64,000 nt of DNA from an uncultured Actinomycetota bacterium (GTDB lineage: Bacteria; Actinomycetota; Actinomycetes; Mycobacteriales; QHCD01). The translations under genes were made by a program, and so were the position numbers. The stretch lies in the NCBI GenBank assembly GCA_963837545.1, contig CAWINQ010000004.1:44838-108837 (forward strand), read 5' to 3'. The notes below the pieces were generated by a model that saw nothing but the letters and a program-made list of their open reading frames with translations, made no database searches and was not told the DNA's origin. Positions 47,498-55,758 of this stretch are shown here, in pieces. Each line of letters begins with the position of its first letter. Position 1 is the first letter of the stretch.

Positions 47498-49734
47498 TGG
47501 CGGAAGCACACCGTGAGCCCTCGGGCGAACCGGTCGACCGGCATTTCCTCGAGGCAGCGGCGGACCTGCGTGCCGGCCGGCCGCGGGACCCGCGCGGACC
47601 GGTCCGGGACGCCACGGAGCTGTCCGGCATTCAGACCATGGCGCTGTTCGAGGCGCAACTGGGCAGCCGGCATCTCGACCTCGCCGCGCGGCGCCTTCGC
47701 GGGGAAGGCAAGAGCTTCTACACGATCGGGTCGGCAGGTCACGAGGGCAACGCCGCCGTCGCCGAGGCACTGCGACCCACCGATCCCGCACTGCTGCACT
47801 ACCGCTCGGGTGCCTTCTATCTCGCCCGGGCGGCGCAGGTCGGCGGCAGCGAGCCCCTGCGCGACGTCCTGCTCGGACTGGTCGGCGCCGCCGACGAACC
47901 GATCGCCGGCGGGCGGCACAAGGTCTTCGGCAACCACGCGCTCGCCGTCATCCCGCAGACCTCGACCGTCGCGTCCCATCTCCCCCGGGCGCTCGGCGTC
48001 GCCTTCGCCATCGACCGGGCGGCGAAGCTGCGGGTGCCCTGTGCCTGGGCGACGGACGCGATCGCGGTGTGCAGCTTCGGCGACGCGTCGGCCAACCACT
48101 CGACGGCCACCGGAGCGATCAACGCCGCCGGCCACAGTGCTCACCAGCGGCTGCCGGTCCCGCTGCTGCTCGTCTGCGAGGACAACGGCCTGGGGATCAG
48201 CGTGCGCACGCCGCCGGACTGGATCGAGACGGCGTACGGCGACCGACCCGCCCTGCGGTATCTCTCGGCCGACGGCTGCGACGTCGCCGCCACCTACGAC
48301 GCCGCCCTGGCCGCCGTCGCGCACGTCCGGCAGCGGCGGGCCCCGGCGTTCCTGCACCTGCGGATGGTGCGGTTCATGGCCCACGCCGGGAGCGACGCGG
48401 AGGTCGGCTACCGGACCCCGGCCGAACTCGCCGCCGACCTCACCCGCGACCCCCTGCTCGTCACCGCGGGACTGCTCGTCGCGGCCGGCCTGCTGACGCC
48501 CGATGACGTGCTCGCCCGCTACGAGCGCGCCCGGGAGGCGGTGGCCGCACTGGCGGAGGATGCGATCACCCACCCGAGGTTGCGCAGCGCCGAACAGGTG
48601 ATGGCGCCGCTGGCCCCGCAGCATCCGGACCGCGTGGCCGCGGCGGCCGGCCGCGCAGCGGACGAGGCTTCCCGCGCCCGGGTCTTCGACGGGAAGCTGC
48701 CCGAGTCCCAGGGCCCGCTCACCCTCGCCGACGCGATCAACCGTGGTCTCGCCGACGCGCTCGCCGCTCGGCCCGCCATGCTGGTGTTCGGCGAGGACGT
48801 GGGGCGCAAGGGCGGGGTCTACGGCGTGACCCGCCGGCTGGCGGGGGCCTTCGGGGTGGGCCGGGTCTTCGACACGCTGCTCGACGAGCAATCGATCCTG
48901 GGACTCGCGCTGGGCGCCGGGGTCTCCGGGCTGCTCCCCGTACCCGAGATCCAGTACCTCGCCTACCTGCACAACGCCGAGGACCAGATCCGCGGCGAGG
49001 CGGCCAGCCTGCAGTACTTCTCCACCGGCCAGTACCGCAACCCGATGGTCGTGCGGGTGCCCGGACTCGCCTACCAGAAGGGCTTCGGTGGTCATTTCCA
49101 CAATGACAACGCGGTCGCCGTGCTGCGTGACATCCCGGGGCTGGTCATCGCCGTACCCGCCCGGCCGGACGACGCCGCCGCGATGTTGCGCACGTGTCTG
49201 GCCGCGGCCGAGACCGACGGCGCCGTGTGCGCCTTCCTGGAGCCGATCGCGCTCTACCACCTCCGGGACCTGCACGAGACCGGCGATCACGGCTGGCTGG
49301 CGCCCTACCTGCCGCCGGATCGGTGGGAGGCGGCCCACGTCCCGGTCGGCAGCGGCCGGGTCTACGGCGAGGGCGGCGACCTCACCCTCGTGACCTTCGG
49401 CAACGGGCTCTTCCTGTCGCTCCGGGTGGCCCGACGGCTCGTCGAGTCGGGGATCGGCGTACGGGTGCTCGACCTGCGCTGGCTCGCCCCGCTTCCCGTC
49501 GACGACATCCTGCGCGAGGCGCGCGCCACCGGCCGGGTGCTCGTCGTGGACGAGACGCGGCAGTCCGGGGGGGTGTCCGAGGGCGTGCTCGCCGCTCTCG
49601 TCGACGCCGAGTTCGACGGCCGGCTGGCCCGCGTCACCAGCAGGGACAGCTTCGTCCCCCTCGGCGACGCCGCGCAGCACGTACTGCTCGACGACGCGAC
49701 GATCGAGAAGGCCGCGCGCCGCCTGCTGCACTGA
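47497..49734 (+). CDS. fused alpha/beta E1 component of a thiamine-diphosphate-dependent 2-oxoacid dehydrogenase
   Basis: The N-terminal half is E1-alpha-like (FYTIGSAGHEGNAAV). The C-terminal half is E1-beta/transketolase-like (GEDVGRKGGVYGVT...FDTLLDEQSILG). The ATG overlaps the pcd stop (TGATG). Confidence 0.8.
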   Translation: MAEAHREPSGEPVDRHFLEAAADLRAGRPRDPRGPVRDATELSGIQTMALFEAQLGSRHLDLAARRLRGEGKSFYTIGSAGHEGNAAVAEALRPTDPALLHYRSGAFYLARAAQVGGSEPLRDVLLGLVGAADEPIAGGRHKVFGNHALAVIPQTSTVASHLPRALGVAFAIDRAAKLRVPCAWATDAIAVCSFGDASANHSTATGAINAAGHSAHQRLPVPLLLVCEDNGLGISVRTPPDWIETAYGDRPALRYLSADGCDVAATYDAALAAVAHVRQRRAPAFLHLRMVRFMAHAGSDAEVGYRTPAELAADLTRDPLLVTAGLLVAAGLLTPDDVLARYERAREAVAALAEDAITHPRLRSAEQVMAPLAPQHPDRVAAAAGRAADEASRARVFDGKLPESQGPLTLADAINRGLADALAARPAMLVFGEDVGRKGGVYGVTRRLAGAFGVGRVFDTLLDEQSILGLALGAGVSGLLPVPEIQYLAYLHNAEDQIRGEAASLQYFSTGQYRNPMVVRVPGLAYQKGFGGHFHNDNAVAVLRDIPGLVIAVPARPDDAAAMLRTCLAAAETDGAVCAFLEPIALYHLRDLHETGDHGWLAPYLPPDRWEAAHVPVGSGRVYGEGGDLTLVTFGNGLFLSLRVARRLVESGIGVRVLDLRWLAPLPVDDILREARATGRVLVVDETRQSGGVSEGVLAALVDAEFDGRLARVTSRDSFVPLGDAAQHVLLDDATIEKAARRLLH

Positions 49735-49752
49735 TCCCTGGCCCCGTCCCTT

Positions 49753-49813
49753 ATTCCGCGTCAACGTGACGTTGATGCGGCTAGAGCGCTTGAACGTCAC
49801 GTTCACGCGGAAT
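49753..49813. terminator. long imperfect hairpin between convergent genes (candidate bidirectional terminator)
   Basis: ATTCCGCGTCAACGTGACGTTGA (49753-49775) pairs with TTGAACGTCACGTTCACGCGGAAT (49790-49813), giving 21 of 23 base pairs. Confidence 0.4.
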
Positions 49814-49848
49814 GGGAGGCGGTGTGGCGGTCGGGCGGTGGCGGCGGG

Positions 49849-51042
49849 CTACGCGGATCGGGCGGCGGCCTTGTCCCGTGCGCGGCTGCGGTCCTGGGCC
49901 GCAGCGGTGATGTCGGCGTCGGTGAGTACACCGATCGGGCGCCCGTCGTCCTCGACGACGGCGACACCGCCGTGCAGGCGCAGGGGAACGACGATGTCCG
50001 GCAATTCCGCGTCGGGTCTGACGACGAGTGGCTTCGAACGCCGGGCGGCGGCGAGGTCGCGGAGGCGGGTGTCCTCGCGCTGGCCGGTCGGCACGCGTTC
50101 GAGGTCGCGCATGCTGAGCGCGCCCACAGCGCGGCCGCCGAAGTCTGCCAGCGGAAACACCTGCTGGGTGAGTTCTTCGGGCGTGAGCCGGGCGAGGAAG
50201 TGGTGCACCGTCCACCACTCGGCCGCGACGACCGGCGACGGGGTCATGACCTCCCCGGCCCGAAGGCCGCGAAGGTGCTCGGCGCGCGTGGCGAACCGCT
50301 CGCCGGACGCGCTGATGATGATGAACCAGCCGACGAGGATGAGCCACAGGCCGGTGAATGCGCCGACGAGCAACTGCAGGCCGCCGAGACCGACGAGGAC
50401 GACACCAAGCACGCGCCCGGCGCTGGCGGCCCCGGCGGCAGCGCGGACCCGGTCCTGGTAGCGCCACCACAACAACGCCCGCAGCAGATGTCCGCCGTCC
50501 AGCGGAGCGCCGGGGAGCAGATTGAATGCACCGAGCAGCACGCTGACCCAGGCCAGCCAGCTCAATGCGGCGCCGGGGAGCCCGGAACCGCCTATCCACC
50601 AGGCGATTCCCGCACTCGCCGCTCCGAAGCCGAGGCTGGCCGCCGGGCCGGCGAACGCGATGAGCGCGTCGGCCCGCGGAGTCGACGGATCACCGTCGAG
50701 CTCGGTGAGTCCGCCCATCACCCAGAGCGTGACCCGCCGGACACGGATGCGGTAGTGGCGGGCGACGACCGCGTGGGCAAGTTCGTGCGCAAGCAGGGAA
50801 ACGAGAAAGACCACAGCGGTGAGCAGGCCGGCGAGCCAGTAGGCGGCCAGGGAGTGACCCGGCCGCGCAGCCGGAAACGCCGCCGTCGCCAGCATCTCGC
50901 CGAACAACACCAGCACGACGAGAACCGACCAGTGCGCCGACACCGTGACACCGGCCCAGCGACCCAGCGGGATGGTACGGGCGGCCGCCGTATGACGCCG
51001 CGTCGGTGGGCTCTCGGGCCTCGAGGGATCCGACCAGGTCAT
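49849..51042 (-). CDS. site-2 protease (M50) family zinc metalloprotease with C-terminal CBS pair
   Basis: HELAHAVVA (HExxH) inside a polytopic region, with a CBS-like C-terminus. ATG 51042 follows GGAG. The ORF track starts at 51114. Confidence 0.85.
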   Translation of the reverse strand: MTWSDPSRPESPPTRRHTAAARTIPLGRWAGVTVSAHWSVLVVLVLFGEMLATAAFPAARPGHSLAAYWLAGLLTAVVFLVSLLAHELAHAVVARHYRIRVRRVTLWVMGGLTELDGDPSTPRADALIAFAGPAASLGFGAASAGIAWWIGGSGLPGAALSWLAWVSVLLGAFNLLPGAPLDGGHLLRALLWWRYQDRVRAAAGAASAGRVLGVVLVGLGGLQLLVGAFTGLWLILVGWFIIISASGERFATRAEHLRGLRAGEVMTPSPVVAAEWWTVHHFLARLTPEELTQQVFPLADFGGRAVGALSMRDLERVPTGQREDTRLRDLAAARRSKPLVVRPDAELPDIVVPLRLHGGVAVVEDDGRPIGVLTDADITAAAQDRSRARDKAAARSA

Positions 51043-51217
51043 CCGAACTCCGCCCGTACAGCCGTCAGCGGCCCGCCCGTGCCGGCCGATGCTTCGATGA
51101 TGCGGATCCCGCACGGGCGGCCGGTAGTGAACAAGGTCCTCAACCGCAGAGTCCCTGGTCAGGTATCAACGGTTTCGCCCGGCTTCGGCCGCATATCGGC
51201 CTACAGGCCGCTGCACC

Positions 51218-51862
51218 TCACGCGAGGATCTCCGGCGTGAGGTCACCGATGGTGGCCAGTTCGAAGGTCGCCAGCTGCCGCACCTCGGGCGGCGGCGGGA
51301 AATGCGGGTTGGGGATGGCGACGACGGTCATCCCGGCGAGGGCTCCCGACCGGATTCCGCTGGCGGAGTCTTCGATCACGGCACACCGGGAGGGGTCGGT
51401 GCTCATTCGCCGGGCGGCTTCGAGGTAGACGTCAGGAGCCGGCTTACCCCGGGCGACCTCCTCGGAGGACACGGTCACCTCGAACAGGTCGTCCACGTGA
51501 GCCAGCGCAAGGACTTCGTCGATGACCGGACGGTTGGACGACGTGGCCAGCCCCAACGGCCACCGCCGGGCCATCCTCGTGACCGCCTCGACGGCACCGG
51601 GCAGGAGCGGCAGGTGCGCCCGGTAGTGCACCAGCAGGCGCCCTGCGACGTCGCTGCTGATCTCCCGGGGCGGGAGCGGTACGCCGAGCTGGTGGTGCAG
51701 ATAGGCCGACCACTCGGTCGAGCTCATCCCCAGCATGGACTCGGTGGCGTCCGGGCGCCATCGGCCGCCGGTGCGCTCGACGATCTCCCGTCGAGCCTGG
51801 TCCCACACCTGTTCCGAGTCGATCAGTACGCCGTCGAGGTCGAAGATCACCGCATCGATCAT
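51218..51862 (-). CDS. HAD superfamily hydrolase (beta-phosphoglucomutase-like subfamily IA)
   Basis: MIDAVIFDLDGVLIDSE (the DxDG motif I). ATG at 51862. Confidence 0.85.
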   Translation of the reverse strand: MIDAVIFDLDGVLIDSEQVWDQARREIVERTGGRWRPDATESMLGMSSTEWSAYLHHQLGVPLPPREISSDVAGRLLVHYRAHLPLLPGAVEAVTRMARRWPLGLATSSNRPVIDEVLALAHVDDLFEVTVSSEEVARGKPAPDVYLEAARRMSTDPSRCAVIEDSASGIRSGALAGMTVVAIPNPHFPPPPEVRQLATFELATIGDLTPEILA

Positions 51863-51881
51863 GTCCCGATGCTGCCGCACC

Positions 51882-52673
51882 TCATTGCGGGCAGGTGCCG
51901 TAGACCGGCGATGTCGGCGGCGGCACGTACCGCCCGTAGACCGCGGTCGTGCAGCCGGTCCGCACGTACTGCTTGTTCTGCAGCAGCAACGTCTCCCAGT
52001 AGGTCCCGCCGTCGGCGTAGTCGGGCTGGTAGTTGTTCACCGGCACCTGCAGATCGAGATCGCCGTCGCCGTCGAGGTCGGTCGCCTTGATCTCCGTCGT
52101 GTCGCTGGTGACGATCGGCGGTTCGAGGAAGGCGCCGTTGACGACCAGATAGAGCTGCGCCTCCGAGCCGTGCGCACCGGTGCCGGCGAGCACGACGCAG
52201 TGCAGGTGCTCGGTCTGGGTCGAACATTCCATGTGCGGTTGGTAGGCGAACGGCTGGACCGCCCACTGCACGGCCGATCCGCCCGAGAGCAGCTCGACGA
52301 CCGCACTGCTGTTGACCGAGGCTCCGGTCCCCTGCCGCAGCACGATCTGGTAGCCGTCCTTGACCAGGGAATGGGACAGCTCGGCGCAGGTGCCTCCCGG
52401 ACATACCGATGGCGGGGCGGCGTTCGGCGGCGCAGCCGCTGACGATTGCGGCGCGACCGTCGTCGGCACCTCGCTCGCCGTGGTCGGCGGCGGCGTCGGC
52501 GACGGCGTGGGAGACCGGGTCGGCGACGGGCTCGGGGAGGGCGACGCGGACGGGCTGGACTTGCTGGTCGCAGCCGGCTCCGCCTGCCCGCCGACCGTGG
52601 ACGCACACCCGGCAACCATGATCAACCCGACCAGCCCGGCCAACGCGGCGAGCCCACGGCGCTTCGTCAGCAT
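51882..52673 (-). CDS. hypothetical lipoprotein with Pro/Ser/Thr linker
   Basis: MLTKRRGLAALAGLVGLIMVAGC (signal peptide plus lipobox), then SPSASPSPSPSPTRSPTPSPTPPP. Contains a DLDGDGDLD calcium-binding-like loop. ATG at 52673. Confidence 0.55.
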   Translation of the reverse strand: MLTKRRGLAALAGLVGLIMVAGCASTVGGQAEPAATSKSSPSASPSPSPSPTRSPTPSPTPPPTTASEVPTTVAPQSSAAAPPNAAPPSVCPGGTCAELSHSLVKDGYQIVLRQGTGASVNSSAVVELLSGGSAVQWAVQPFAYQPHMECSTQTEHLHCVVLAGTGAHGSEAQLYLVVNGAFLEPPIVTSDTTEIKATDLDGDGDLDLQVPVNNYQPDYADGGTYWETLLLQNKQYVRTGCTTAVYGRYVPPPTSPVYGTCPQ

Positions 52674-52845
52674 GACCACGTCCCCATGACCACGTCCCCC
52701 CGGCGGCGACACAGCGGCCCGCCCACCGACGCGGGCCGCCCACCGCTGTCACCCTCTCGCGATCGTGACAGCTTGCGGCCGCCCGTGTCAGCGGATGTCC
52801 AACATCACGGGCCACCTGACCGTGCGCCTGGGGAAAATCAGGCGG

Positions 52846-54567
52846 TCAGGCCTTCACGGCGGCCAACCCTGCGCTCCGCAGCGCGTCGAGCAGTCCCGCC
52901 CCGTGCAGGCTGCCCAGCCCGGTGCAGGCGTCCCAGCGACCGCGAGTCGCCTTGTAGCCGGGGGTGGCCGGTCCGAAGTCGGCACTCTCCGGCGTGGAGT
53001 TGTTGCCGCTGGTGACGTTGCGGAACACGGTGCTCCGGTGTGCCGCGGGTACGGCGTACAGCTGGGGCAGCAACTCGCCGACCGGGGAGCCCATGGCCTC
53101 GTTGAGCAGGGCGACGAGGCCGGCGTAGAGCGGCGCGACCGCGCTGGTGCCGCCGACCGGGCCCCACTGGCCGTCGGCGAGGACGAGGTAGCCGCTGGTG
53201 ATGTCGGCGTTGCCGGCGACGTCGGGTACGCCGCGGCCGACCCGGCCGTCGCCGTTGAGCGACGCCGGCATGGTCATCCCGTGCTGGTAGGACGGCACCG
53301 GGAAGGCGTCGCTGATACCCCCGCCGCCGGCCCAGCCGTCCTCGTCGTTCCAGACGACCTCGCTGACGACCTGACCGTCGGTGCCCACCAGCGTCGTGCC
53401 CCCGCAGCCGACCACGTGCGGACTGGACGCGGGGAAGTCGGCGTGCACCTTGCCGTCCCTGGCCGCATCGCCGGCACCGTGGTCGCCCGACGCGGCGAGC
53501 ACGGTCACCCCGAGGGTCGCGGCGTCGGCGAACGCCTGGTCGAAGACCTTCATGCCCTGGGCGGTCCAGCCGGCCTCGGGCGCACCCCAGCTGATCGAGA
53601 TCACCGACGGCGCGTGGGTCTGGTCGTGGACGGCGGTGGTGATGGCGTCCAGGAACCCGCGGTCGCTCGGATCGGCGAAATAGACGACGATGTCGGCCCC
53701 CGGAGCGACGGTGCCCGCGACCTCGATGTCGAGGAGGACCTCGCCGTCGGCGTCGCCGCCCGGGGAGTTCTTGCCCTTGTCGACGCCGACCGCGACCACG
53801 GTCGGCGCAGCGACGCCGGCCTTGGCGAAGTACTTGGTCAGCTCGGCCTGGCGGAAGCCACCGCCGAGTTCGATGATCCCGATCGTCTCGTGGGTGCCGT
53901 CCACGTCGGTCGGGAAGCCGTAGAGCTGGGCCACCTGCGTCGCCCACAGCGGCACCGGCTTGGCCGCCCGGCTGGTCCGCCGGGAGCGGTCCTCGGCGCG
54001 GCCGAGAAGGGCGAACGCGTCGTGGTCGGGCGCCGGGAGGTCATCTTCGGACAGGACCTTTCCACGCTTGGCGCGGGAGTGGGCCTGCGGGCGGTCGTCG
54101 AGACCGAGTACCGCGACGACCACGTCGGCCAGCTCGGGCGGCACGTGGACATGGCCCTCGCGCCCACGGTAGGTCAGGTTCCCCGCCTGGTACCGCCCGA
54201 GGTTCACCCCGAACGCCGCCCCGAGCGCGGCGACGGTGCCGCCCAGCGTCACCGTCCGGCGCGCGGCGTCGCTCGTCTCGACCCGCAGGTGGTGAGCGGC
54301 GGCGAAGTCGGCGACCGCTCTCAGGTCGGCGGGATCGGCGCCCGTCGACGTGGCCAGCTGGGCCCGGCGCTCCCGCCGACGCCGCACCGGGTCGTTCGCG
54401 CCGTTCTCCGACGGCGGAGTGGCGGCTGCGGCGGCATCAGCGGTGCGGGGCCGGAGCACCACGCTGACCAGCAGTTCCTCGGCCGGATCCGCGTCGCCGA
54501 CCCGGCGAGCACCCGCGACCGGGGCTCGTGAACTGTTCGGCAGCGGGACAAGGTGGACATCAGGCAT
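52846..54567 (-). CDS. S53 (sedolisin/kumamolisin-like) serine peptidase with pro-domain
   Basis: Catalytic-Ser motif GGTSAVAPLYAGL, plus SGDHGAGD and ISISWG. The N-terminal roughly 180 aa resemble a pro-kumamolisin activation domain. Confidence 0.8.
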   Translation of the reverse strand: MPDVHLVPLPNSSRAPVAGARRVGDADPAEELLVSVVLRPRTADAAAAATPPSENGANDPVRRRRERRAQLATSTGADPADLRAVADFAAAHHLRVETSDAARRTVTLGGTVAALGAAFGVNLGRYQAGNLTYRGREGHVHVPPELADVVVAVLGLDDRPQAHSRAKRGKVLSEDDLPAPDHDAFALLGRAEDRSRRTSRAAKPVPLWATQVAQLYGFPTDVDGTHETIGIIELGGGFRQAELTKYFAKAGVAAPTVVAVGVDKGKNSPGGDADGEVLLDIEVAGTVAPGADIVVYFADPSDRGFLDAITTAVHDQTHAPSVISISWGAPEAGWTAQGMKVFDQAFADAATLGVTVLAASGDHGAGDAARDGKVHADFPASSPHVVGCGGTTLVGTDGQVVSEVVWNDEDGWAGGGGISDAFPVPSYQHGMTMPASLNGDGRVGRGVPDVAGNADITSGYLVLADGQWGPVGGTSAVAPLYAGLVALLNEAMGSPVGELLPQLYAVPAAHRSTVFRNVTSGNNSTPESADFGPATPGYKATRGRWDACTGLGSLHGAGLLDALRSAGLAAVKA

Positions 54568-54719
54568 GGCGTCTCCCCCGAAGTGACGGCCGCCGGCCCA
54601 GGCCGGCGACGGACCGACTCACTCATATGAGGTCGACCCGTTACAGCCTGATACACCGGCACCCGCCACGGCAATAGGCAACGGCGGAGTCGACCCTGTC
54701 GATCAAGGAGAAGGGTCGA

Positions 54720-55721
54720 TCAAGCCGGGAGCAGCACGCCCGCGCCGCGCATGCCACCGTCGGCCAGCGTCCGCAGCGCCGCATCGGCCTCGGTGAGCGG
54801 GAACCTGGTCACGGAGACGGTGACCCCGAGCCGGTCGGCGAGGCGCAGAAACTCCTCGCCGTCGGCCCTGGTGTTGGCCGTGACGCTCTGCACGGTGCGC
54901 TCGTAGAAGAGGTGCTGTTCGTAGTTCAACGGAGGAATGTCGGTGAGGTGGATGCCGGCGATCGAGAGCGTGCCGCCGCGGTCCAGTGCCGCGAGCGCGA
55001 CCGGCACCAGGTCGCCGACCGGGGCGAAGAGGACCGCCGCGTCGAGCGGCTCCGGCGGCGCGTCGTAGGCCTCACCGACCGACGCCGCGCCGAGCGACGT
55101 CGCCAGCTCCCGGGCGTGCTCGCCCCGGGTGAGCACGTGCACGCGTGCCCCTTGCGCGATCGCGACCTGGGCCGCGATGTGGGCAGACGCACCGAACCCG
55201 TAGATGCCCAGCCGGCCCCCCGCGGGGAGCTGCGCCCGCAGCAGCGAGCGGTAGCCGACGATGCCGGCGCACAGCAACGGCGCCGCCTCGGCGTCGGAGA
55301 ACCGGCCGGGCAGCCGGTAGGCGAACCCCTCCGCGACCGTGGCGTAGTCGGCGTAGCCGCCGTCGGCGTCCCAGCCGGTGAAGGTCGCAGCGGGGCAGAG
55401 GTTCTCCCTCCCGCTGCGGCAGAACCGGCACCGGCCGCAGGTCCCCCGCAGCCAGGCGATCCCGATCCGGTCGCCAACGGCGAACCGGGAGGTTCCCGGG
55501 CCGAGCGCGTCGACCCGGCCGACGACCTCGTGGCCCGGGGTCGTCTGCGGCCGGTGCACCGGCAGGTCACCCTCAGCCAGGTGCAGGTCGGTCCGGCAGA
55601 CCCCGCAGGCGAGGACCTGCACCCGGACCTCGCCCGGTCCCGGCTCGGGGACCGGCCGGTCGGCGCGGCGCAGCGGCCCGGTCGAGACCGGGCCCGGTCG
55701 GTCCACCACCCAAGCCAGCAC
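54720..55721 (-). CDS. zinc-binding alcohol dehydrogenase family protein
   Basis: [25 protein letters not shown], and a second zinc lobe [15 protein letters not shown]. Confidence 0.9.
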   Translation of the reverse strand: MLAWVVDRPGPVSTGPLRRADRPVPEPGPGEVRVQVLACGVCRTDLHLAEGDLPVHRPQTTPGHEVVGRVDALGPGTSRFAVGDRIGIAWLRGTCGRCRFCRSGRENLCPAATFTGWDADGGYADYATVAEGFAYRLPGRFSDAEAAPLLCAGIVGYRSLLRAQLPAGGRLGIYGFGASAHIAAQVAIAQGARVHVLTRGEHARELATSLGAASVGEAYDAPPEPLDAAVLFAPVGDLVPVALAALDRGGTLSIAGIHLTDIPPLNYEQHLFYERTVQSVTANTRADGEEFLRLADRLGVTVSVTRFPLTEADAALRTLADGGMRGAGVLLPA

Positions 55722-55758
55722 AGCACCGCCCCCTAGGTCCCGTCCAGCATGCGCGCCC

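Noticed and set aside
47419-49806. 795-aa minus-strand ORF.
   Set aside because: It is antisense to the fused E1 gene. It ends inside the palindromic hairpin. It has no recognisable domains.
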